Virus record (IMG/VR): IMGVR_UViG_3300000234_000180
Location: 1 to 5,985 of that record
Reading direction: 5' to 3' (one strand)
Length of the DNA stretch: 5,985 nt
DNA from: a virus
A program made the position numbers and the translations under genes. Of this stretch, positions 1 through 5,280 are shown piece after piece (the first letter of the stretch is position 1; every line of letters starts with the position of its first letter). Below the pieces are notes generated by a model that searched no databases, was not told where the DNA came from, and saw only the letters and a list, made by a program, of their open reading frames with translations.

Positions 1-707
1 TTATATAAATTTTGTGCAAAAAATTTGCAAAATTTTATTTAATTTTTATTTTTTCGTGAAATTTTATGTTTCTTAATTGTCTTTCATATACTTTCCTATT
101 CCAGTCTTGTATATTATTACCATAACCTAATCTGCTGTTTTCTGTTCTGGCTATATCTAATAATTTATAATAGTGTTCTTCGTTTTCCGCTTTTATTCCG
201 TTAACGTATCTTTCGTTTTTATCTAATTTATTTAGCCAGAGTGTCTCCCGTTCTTCTTCTGTATATAGGTAATTCCTGTAATATATAGGATTTTGTATTT
301 TATAATTTTCTCTTGTTTGGTAATAGTCTTTTGTATTTTCATTTTTAAATTTATGGTCATTACTTTTTACGCTGTCTATATATCCGCTGCCAATTCCTGC
401 ACTTGTAAATATTTTTGGGTTGTATTCTTTATGCGTTGTGTCTGTTTTATATATATACTTTACTATATAGTTTATTGTTTTTTCGTTTACGTAACCTTTA
501 TGTTCTTGATTGTCATATATATAACCATATTTCCATTTATTACGGATGTAATCTGATGATTTATCAGTAAATATTAATCCGTGTAAGTGTATGTGTTCTG
601 TGTTCTTGTGTCCTAATTCTGTTACTAACCAATGCTTTACACTTGTTTTATTATCTTTTCTCCATCTTTCCAGAAAACGTCTTACAGCTAATCTACAGAT
701 GTCATTT
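1..707. repeat. Left copy of the terminal redundancy (matches 5279-5985), created by linearising a circular genome
   Basis: Direct comparison shows position 1 'ttatataaattttgtgcaaaaaatttgc...' equals position 5279 onward. Position 707 '...gatgtcattt' equals 5985. The ORF at 293..556 reappears at 5571..5834 with an identical protein (offset 5278). Confidence 0.95.
7..36. promoter_or_regulatory. AT-rich imperfect palindrome overlapping the VP4 stop codon. The core is TGCAAA-AAA-TTTGCA at 15-29, flanked by AAATTTT/AAAATTT arms. A second copy lies at 5285-5314 because of the redundancy.
   Basis: Read directly: 'aaattttgTGCAAAaaaTTTGCAaaatttt'. The inner arms 15-20 and 24-29 are exact reverse complements. 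Function is unknown (ssDNA hairpin or protein-binding site). Confidence 0.3.
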
Positions 708-1012
708 TCCCTTTCGTAACCGTCTACTGTTTTGTCTATATCTTCGTTTAATTCTTTTAAATCATTTGGACTGAATGTCAGTGTTACAAAGTGTGCAGTA
801 TTTTTGTTGTATTTTATTTCTTCACTTAGTCTTATTTTCCAGTTATTCGCTTTTTGTTTCTTACATTCCATACATTTGCCGCAAGCTATCGGCACGTATT
901 TTACTCTTTCATCTGGTTGACCGTTATATATAGGAAACGGCGGCACTTTGCCGCCGTTTTTTTTGTTCGGTTTATATTTTGGATTGTCTATTAATCTTGG
1001 ATATAGGCACAT
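35..1012 (-). CDS. VP4: Replication initiation protein (VP4; phiX174 gpA-like HUH rolling-circle endonuclease), 325 aa
   Basis: The protein shows an N-terminal 'MCLYP' and a Cys cluster 'CGKCMECKK'. Motif I is 'FVTLTF' (aa 75-80). The HUH motif is 'HIHLHG' (aa 140-145, nt 578-595). The catalytic double-Tyr motif is 'YIVKYIYK' (aa 182-189, Y-x3-Y as in gpA). These are followed by 'FTSAGIGSGY'. The start lies 4 nt after the VP2 stop. Confidence 0.9.
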   Translation of the reverse strand: MCLYPRLIDNPKYKPNKKNGGKVPPFPIYNGQPDERVKYVPIACGKCMECKKQKANNWKIRLSEEIKYNKNTAHFVTLTFSPNDLKELNEDIDKTVDGYERENDICRLAVRRFLERWRKDNKTSVKHWLVTELGHKNTEHIHLHGLIFTDKSSDYIRNKWKYGYIYDNQEHKGYVNEKTINYIVKYIYKTDTTHKEYNPKIFTSAGIGSGYIDSVKSNDHKFKNENTKDYYQTRENYKIQNPIYYRNYLYTEEERETLWLNKLDKNERYVNGIKAENEEHYYKLLDIARTENSRLGYGNNIQDWNRKVYERQLRNIKFHEKIKIK

Positions 1013-1016
1013 ATTT

Positions 1017-2057
1017 TTAATTACTTTTTAACCATCCTTTCATTATTATCCCTGCACCCGCTCCGCTTATTATGGATTTTGCAAAATCCATTACTATTTT
1101 TTCTTGTTCTATTCCTAATCCTATTTTCTTTAGATCCATTTGTAGTAACTTCATTTTTTGTTCTATTGTGAATTTGTCTATATCTTTTTGAAATTCAAGA
1201 CCCTTATAATTTATATCTTGTTGTAATTTTTCTATATTTAATCTAATTGATTGTAGTTGTTCAGGTTGTATATTTATGTTCCATTCTTTTAATTGGTTTT
1301 CTAATTGTGTTGTTATTAATGACGCTTTTGCCTGTTTTATTGTAGTATTCATCAAAGCACTTTTCAGTTTATTATCTAATTCCATATGTTTTATATTTGC
1401 CTCTAATTGTTTTATATTTATATTTATGGTTTTTGCTTTGTCTTGTAGTGTCATTCCTTCTAATTCTTTTTGTAATAGCAATAATTCTTCGTTTATTTCT
1501 TTGTTAATTTTGTCTTGTTCTATATTGCCTGTATTTGCTTTAATTAGTTCTATTTCTGCTGTTGCTTTGTCTGTGTCAACTCCTTGTGTTTTACCTGCTT
1601 GTACATTTGTTAAATTTGCGTTTGCTTTTTTTAATTCCGTATCTGCTTGTATATTTTCCATAGATACGGCATTCTGTGTTGCTTGTTGTCCTAACTGCAT
1701 TGCCATCCCTTTATTTATGCTTAGGTTTGGTGCTGTTGCACCTGTTACATTACCAGTATTTACACTCGTTTGTCCCCCTGCACCACCACTTTTATATAAT
1801 AATCCAGGGTTTAGTCCTGCTTTTTTTAGTTGTTCCATTTGTGCTGCATAGTTTGTCTCATTCCACATTTGCATTTGTTTTTGATAGTTGTAATCTGTTA
1901 CTCTATTTTGTCCTCTTATTTGCATATCCATTAATGCTTGTTGTTGATGTAATTGCTGATTGTTTGAGCCTATGTTCATAGCTCCACCAAGTAATGCTCC
2001 GCCCACTTGTCCTATTGCATTTGTTGCTATATTTCCCCAGTTTATTTCGTTTGGCAT
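1017..2057 (-). CDS. VP2: DNA pilot / minor capsid protein (VP2, phiX174 H analogue). I prefer the start at ATG 2057 (346 aa). The maximal ORF runs to 2135 (372 aa).
   Basis: The protein has a Gly-rich hydrophobic N-terminus 'WGNIATNAIGQVGGALLGGAMNIG'. It carries the motif 'NYAAQMEQLKKAGLNPGLLYKSGGAGG', which I recall as typical of gokusho/alpa-type VP2. A long Q/N/K/E/L-rich heptad-like segment and a C-terminal 'IISGAGAGIIMKGW' follow. The upstream 26 codons of the maximal ORF run through a GC-rich hairpin and a T7A9 tract. ATG 2057 has the same A-rich leader as the other genes. Confidence 0.8.
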   Translation of the reverse strand: MPNEINWGNIATNAIGQVGGALLGGAMNIGSNNQQLHQQQALMDMQIRGQNRVTDYNYQKQMQMWNETNYAAQMEQLKKAGLNPGLLYKSGGAGGQTSVNTGNVTGATAPNLSINKGMAMQLGQQATQNAVSMENIQADTELKKANANLTNVQAGKTQGVDTDKATAEIELIKANTGNIEQDKINKEINEELLLLQKELEGMTLQDKAKTININIKQLEANIKHMELDNKLKSALMNTTIKQAKASLITTQLENQLKEWNINIQPEQLQSIRLNIEKLQQDINYKGLEFQKDIDKFTIEQKMKLLQMDLKKIGLGIEQEKIVMDFAKSIISGAGAGIIMKGWLKSN

Positions 2058-2094
2058 GATTTTGTGTTTTATTTTATTTGTTTCGTTTTTTTTT

Positions 2095-2143
2095 AAAAAA
2101 ACGGTACGCCATATACTTGATAATATAGTATACATGCGTACCG
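2095..2143 (-). terminator. Intrinsic-terminator-like hairpin on the coding strand: an 8-bp GC-rich stem (2102-2109 with 2136-2143), an inner 6-bp stem (2112-2117 with 2127-2132) and a T7 tail (plus-strand A run 2095-2101)
   Basis: Plus strand reads 'aaaaaaa CGGTACGC ca TATACT tgataatat AGTATA cat GCGTACCG'. The coding strand therefore reads stem-loop-stem followed by TTTTTTT. It sits 21 nt after the 99-aa ORF stop, in an otherwise very AT-rich genome. Confidence 0.6.
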
Positions 2144-2164
2144 CTCGTTTTAATAGTTTTTCTA

Positions 2165-2464
2165 CTATGTCGCCTGTATACTTTCTTCTACTTTTGTTTC
2201 CTCTTTTGGTAACACGTTTAATGTTGTTACCGTTTTTGATTTTTCTATTTTATTTATAGCGTCTAATGCTATATCCCACCTATCACTCCTAATATTAAAC
2301 CCTGATTTTACACCTTCTGTTATTGGTGTGTATAATAGTTTTATATTATCGTCCATCGGTTCTTTGTTTTTTAATCTTCTTTGTATTGTTTCTTCTAACG
2401 TTTCGGCAGAATACGTTATTTCTACCTCTATTGAGGTTTTATTTTTTATGCTTTTTGTTATCAT
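2165..2464 (-). CDS. Hypothetical 99-aa acidic protein between VP1 and VP2, possibly an internal scaffolding (VP3-like) protein
   Basis: Intact ORF on the coding strand, starting 12 nt after the VP1 stop with an A-rich leader (ATATACAAAAAA-ATG). It is rich in E, D and K. Its position matches the small scaffold gene of gokusho-type genomes. I cannot verify any motif from memory. Confidence 0.6.
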   Translation of the reverse strand: MITKSIKNKTSIEVEITYSAETLEETIQRRLKNKEPMDDNIKLLYTPITEGVKSGFNIRSDRWDIALDAINKIEKSKTVTTLNVLPKEETKVEESIQAT

Positions 2465-2476
2465 TTTTTGTATATT

Positions 2477-4432
2477 TTATATGTTAGGTATTTGTTTTGC
2501 ACTCATTAATCTACTGACTTCCATATTAATTGAGATTTGTGTCCAAAAATTTTGCGCATCTAACCTTGTGTCAGCAAATATATAATTGTATTTTACAGGG
2601 TCTATATAGGTTGTTAAGTCTTTTATATTTCCGTTTATGTCGCTTTCATATCTTCTATTTAAAGTCATAAACATCTGATTATCTATGTCGGCAAAGTTTC
2701 CGTAAATTTTATTATGATTAGTCATGTAGTTTAACCATGACGGCTGCTTGCCTGCGCTCCTATATTCTACAACTCCGGTTGTACTATTTATATTTGTGTC
2801 CCAAAAAGCCATTTGGTCTGTAATTAGTTCTTGGTAGCCTATACCATCTAAATCTGGTTTGTGTAAATCATCTAATGATTTTAAATTCATATCCCACTTG
2901 TTCCCTTGTGAGTAATCAATTCTTGGTGTCAACGACACTAATCCTATAATATAGCTCGGCTCATCTATTTTCACATATATATTGCCACCTTTGTGTTTAT
3001 CAGTTAATACACCTCTTCCTGCAATTGTTCCCAGTGGTTCTGTTTGGTTACTTGCTTGGCTTATAACTTCCTGGAATACAAGTTCTTTACTTAATCCCCC
3101 TAAATAAATTGGATTATTTATTTGTTTATATTTTCCATTGTTGTATACTGCTTCCATCCAGTCATCGTAAGTTCCGCCGCTTACTGCTATTCTGTTTAAC
3201 ATTTCATATATCTTTTTAGATATATTTAGAGCATCCATACTTAATTTTCCGTCTAATATGGTTACATCTGTTATTTGATTTATTCCATTTTCTCCGTCTA
3301 TCCAATCTGTATTTAGCCAGTTATTAAATATATCGCTTTGATATGTTTTTAATGCTAATCCCTCCTGATTTCCTAATATTGAATATAACAATTCTCCGTT
3401 TACTGTATTTGTTATTAATGGTAATCCGTACGGTTCTATACTTTCATCGTTTATCTCATAATCTATCCCTAATTGACTGTTACTCAATAAATTGTCCCTC
3501 ATTTCATCTATATTTTTTAACTCGAAGAACTTTATTGTTGGTGTAATATCTTCAGTAGGTGACGTTATTCTATAATAACCTATATACATATTTAGTCCTA
3601 ATGCTATACATCCTTCTCCGTGTATATGTATACCGTTTATTGTTACGTTACTAAAAATTTCAGTTAATTTTTTCCATTCATCTCCCCATTTTAATTCTAT
3701 TCTATTAATTGCGTTTACATTGTTTCCAATTGTTAATTGGATTTCTATATATGTTGCAGTGTTTATCACTTGCGCTAGTTCTTGCTCATCATTTGATAAC
3801 TGTATCATTTTATGAGTTGTATATACCGACCCATTATCAATTTGTATTGTGTTTAACGGCGTATGTATCATCGCTCCCTGTTCTTCTTGTTTATTGGCGT
3901 AATATTGTTTATAGATGTCCCAATAAGCTAAATAAGGTACAGCATTGAATTTTCTTTCTACATACTGTAAATTACTATCTATAGATTTTCCTACTCCTCT
4001 AATTCCTAAGTAGGCTAATAGTGAGGATGTGTTTATTTGTTGTTTGTCTATTGTTTCATTAATGACTAATTTTTTACCTTTTACTTTTATTGTTGGTAAT
4101 TTTATCTGGTTCATTTTTAGTCCTATATCCACCTTATTATTTTGTAATAATCCATTGTACAATCTTATTGGCACACTAAAGACATCTAATTGGACTTTGT
4201 AGGATCCAAAAAGTGGACCAATTGTTGGGTGTGTTAATATATGTGTATTTAAGTCAATTTTAAATCTATCTCCTGGCAGTGCTAATTCGCTCATAAATGG
4301 TACAAGTGTTCCACTTGCCATTGTTGATCTAAATATATATCCTATATCGTGGGTGCTATATCCAAATTCCTTGTCTGTTGTTATTAATTTGTTGCCGCTG
4401 CCTAAGCGGTCACCACCTATTGTTGTTTTCAT
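2477..4432 (-). CDS. VP1: Major capsid protein (VP1; phiX174 F-protein family), 651 aa
   Basis: This is the largest ORF. The N-terminal pattern is 'STHDIGYIFRSTMASGTLVPFMSELALPGDRFKIDL...THPTIGPLFGSYKVQLDVFSVPIRLYN'. That matches the LPGD / hydrophobic-FxVPxRL signature of Microviridae capsid proteins. Length and gene context fit gut-type microviruses. Confidence 0.9.
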   Translation of the reverse strand: MKTTIGGDRLGSGNKLITTDKEFGYSTHDIGYIFRSTMASGTLVPFMSELALPGDRFKIDLNTHILTHPTIGPLFGSYKVQLDVFSVPIRLYNGLLQNNKVDIGLKMNQIKLPTIKVKGKKLVINETIDKQQINTSSLLAYLGIRGVGKSIDSNLQYVERKFNAVPYLAYWDIYKQYYANKQEEQGAMIHTPLNTIQIDNGSVYTTHKMIQLSNDEQELAQVINTATYIEIQLTIGNNVNAINRIELKWGDEWKKLTEIFSNVTINGIHIHGEGCIALGLNMYIGYYRITSPTEDITPTIKFFELKNIDEMRDNLLSNSQLGIDYEINDESIEPYGLPLITNTVNGELLYSILGNQEGLALKTYQSDIFNNWLNTDWIDGENGINQITDVTILDGKLSMDALNISKKIYEMLNRIAVSGGTYDDWMEAVYNNGKYKQINNPIYLGGLSKELVFQEVISQASNQTEPLGTIAGRGVLTDKHKGGNIYVKIDEPSYIIGLVSLTPRIDYSQGNKWDMNLKSLDDLHKPDLDGIGYQELITDQMAFWDTNINSTTGVVEYRSAGKQPSWLNYMTNHNKIYGNFADIDNQMFMTLNRRYESDINGNIKDLTTYIDPVKYNYIFADTRLDAQNFWTQISINMEVSRLMSAKQIPNI

Positions 4433-4444
4433 TTTTATTTGTAG

Positions 4445-4663
4445 TTATTTATTTATTCTTATAATTATTGCCCATTTATTCCATTTATTTATCTGTATAT
4501 AATCTTCAGCCTCTTTTTTTGTATCAAAAAATTTTGCGTCTTTTATATTGTTTGTGTACATATTATTATTTGATAAATAAGGTTTTTGACTTGTGTTATA
4601 TTTATCAAATATGCAGTATTTATCAAATAAACTTAATTGGTTATTGAATTTATTTTTATTCAT
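4445..4663 (-). CDS. Hypothetical 72-aa protein (rich in N, K and aromatic residues), function unknown
   Basis: Intact coding-strand ORF. Its start overlaps the upstream ORF stop by 8 nt (AATGAATAA). Its stop lies 12 nt before the VP1 ATG. I recognise no motif. Confidence 0.55.
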   Translation of the reverse strand: MNKNKFNNQLSLFDKYCIFDKYNTSQKPYLSNNNMYTNNIKDAKFFDTKKEAEDYIQINKWNKWAIIIRINK

Positions 4664-4949
4664 TTTTATTTAATCTTTGTACTATATTACATATAGCTAT
4701 TATATTATCTATGCTCGGGTTATTTATTTTATCAACTGCATCTTCAAAGCTATCTGCTTTTGAAAATGCGTAATTTTCTATAACACAGTAATATTGTTTA
4801 TCATTTTTTAGGTAACGAATACATGCTATAGAATTTTTTGAGCATGTAATTGTGTGTTCTTCATTGTCTAATACTACTTCCCATTCTTTGATTGGTTGAA
4901 TTTTCTTTATTATTGTTCTCATTGTCTTGGTTTTTTTATTAATTTCCAT
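4656..4949 (-). CDS. Hypothetical 97-aa protein. The real start may be Met10 at 4922, giving 88 aa.
   Basis: Intact coding-strand ORF. The ATG at 4922-4920 forms an ATGA overlap with the TGA stop (4921-4919) of the upstream 54-aa ORF, which favours the shorter form. There are four scattered Cys residues and no motif I recognise. Confidence 0.6.
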   Translation of the reverse strand: MEINKKTKTMRTIIKKIQPIKEWEVVLDNEEHTITCSKNSIACIRYLKNDKQYYCVIENYAFSKADSFEDAVDKINNPSIDNIIAICNIVQRLNKNE

Positions 4950-5083
4950 AATGTAACTATAGCTATTGCAATTTGTGTTATTACCTGCATGAGGTCTCCA
5001 ATGTCTTTTGGTTCTAATAGTGGCGCAACGTTTGACGCTGCTACCCCTACAATTCCTGTTAATGCTAACTGTAATTTGTTCAT
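4919..5083 (-). CDS. Untracked 54-aa ORF encoding a small protein with two hydrophobic segments and a basic tail, a candidate membrane or lysis protein
   Basis: My manual translation of the minus strand from ATG 5083-5081 gives MNKLQLALTGIVGVAASNVAPLLEPKDIGDLMQVIHKIAIAIVTLWKLIKKPRQ, ending at TGA 4921-4919. It is the first ORF after the non-coding region. Local G+C is visibly higher than in the flanks. Its stop forms an ATGA junction with Met10 of the next ORF. Confidence 0.5.
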   Translation of the reverse strand: MNKLQLALTGIVGVAASNVAPLLEPKDIGDLMQVITQIAIAIVTLWKLIKKPRQ

Positions 5084-5138
5084 AATGAGTGTTTTAATTG
5101 TTTAAGTTAATTTATTTATATTTTGTCATTTTGACGTA

Positions 5139-5146
5139 CAAATATA
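5139..5146 (-). promoter_or_regulatory. Candidate Bacteroidota-type -7 promoter element TAnnTTTG (TATATTTG on the coding strand)
   Basis: Plus-strand 'caaatata' at 5139-5146 gives TATATTTG on the minus strand, about 55 nt upstream of the first gene (ATG 5083). I found no convincing -33 TTTG at the expected spacing, so the call is weak. Confidence 0.3.
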
Positions 5147-5231
5147 TATTATATATTTTCTATTTTCCTAATTTTGTTAATAACTTTTTTTGTTATTTAA
5201 TTCAATTAGTTATTTTTCAATCTTTTAGCCT

Positions 5232-5248
5232 ATTTTCGGCACGAAAAT
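5232..5248. promoter_or_regulatory. Perfect 7-bp hairpin or palindrome ATTTTCG-GCA-CGAAAAT in the large non-coding region
   Basis: Read directly: 5232-5238 'attttcg' is the reverse complement of 5242-5248 'cgaaaat', with a 3-nt loop. No T-run follows on the coding strand, so it is not a classical terminator. Confidence 0.35.
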
Positions 5249-5253
5249 TTATA

Positions 5254-5280
5254 GAAAAAATGTCGAAGACATAATTTTTT
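5254..5280 (-). terminator. Weak terminator-like hairpin downstream of VP4: ATGTC-TTC-GACAT followed by a T run on the coding strand
   Basis: Plus strand reads 'gaaaaaATGTCgaaGACATaatttttt', with stem 5260-5264 pairing with 5268-5272. A and T runs flank both sides. It lies about 40 nt past the VP4 stop across the circular junction. The stem is only 5 bp. Confidence 0.3.

Larger units (their letters stand above)
1..5278 (-). other. One complete unit of a circular Microviridae ssDNA phage genome (5,278 nt). The coding, and presumably packaged, strand is the window minus strand.
   Basis: The 707-nt head-to-tail overlap gives a period of 5278. The gene set is the Microviridae core of VP1 capsid, VP2 pilot and VP4 Rep. 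All genes are on one strand and tightly packed. Confidence 0.85.

Noticed and set aside
1-707. The 707-nt direct repeats read as LTRs, IS ends or a genuine segmental duplication
   Set aside because: The repeat boundary falls in the middle of the Rep ORF, and the right copy simply runs off the window end. There are no inverted termini or target-site duplications. A circular genome opened at an arbitrary point explains the repeat completely.
2086-2101. The T9A7 homopolymer tract (T7A9 on the coding strand) as a programmed frameshift or slippery site
   Set aside because: If VP2 starts at 2057 the tract is intergenic. There is no downstream alternative-frame ORF that a shift would access. It is better explained as the terminator T-tail plus an A-rich translation leader.
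2113-2130. The hairpin loop reads 'ATACTTGATAATATAG' on the window plus strand and shares ACTTGATA with the phiX174 gpA origin core CAACTTG^ATATTAATAAC
   Set aside because: The match is on the strand antisense to all genes, whereas Microviridae nick and package the sense strand. It is only 8 nt long in an AT-rich context, and the rest of the 30-nt phiX origin is not matched. It is worth including in a VP4 nicking assay but is not claimable.
2058-2135. The 26-aa N-terminal extension of the VP2 ORF (MYTILSSIWRTVFLKKNETNKIKHKI)
   Set aside because: It is encoded by the GC-rich hairpin plus the T7A9 tract. The internal ATG at 2057 has the leader type seen at the other genes. The extension is most likely an ORF-calling artefact. 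I cannot exclude it without proteomic or comparative data.
5131-5159. Sigma70-like promoter on the plus strand: TTGACG at 5131-5136 with TATATT/TATTTT about 15-17 nt downstream
   Set aside because: It points away from every gene, since nothing credible is encoded on the plus strand. TA-rich hexamers occur by chance throughout this region.
5174-5215. Repeated TTGTTA/TAGTTA-like words ('ttttgttaataac', 'ttttgttatttaa', 'ttagttattttt') as Rep-binding iterons
   Set aside because: The copies are short and degenerate and sit in a tract that is almost pure A/T, so such repeats are expected by chance. I mention them only as part of the non-coding region finding.
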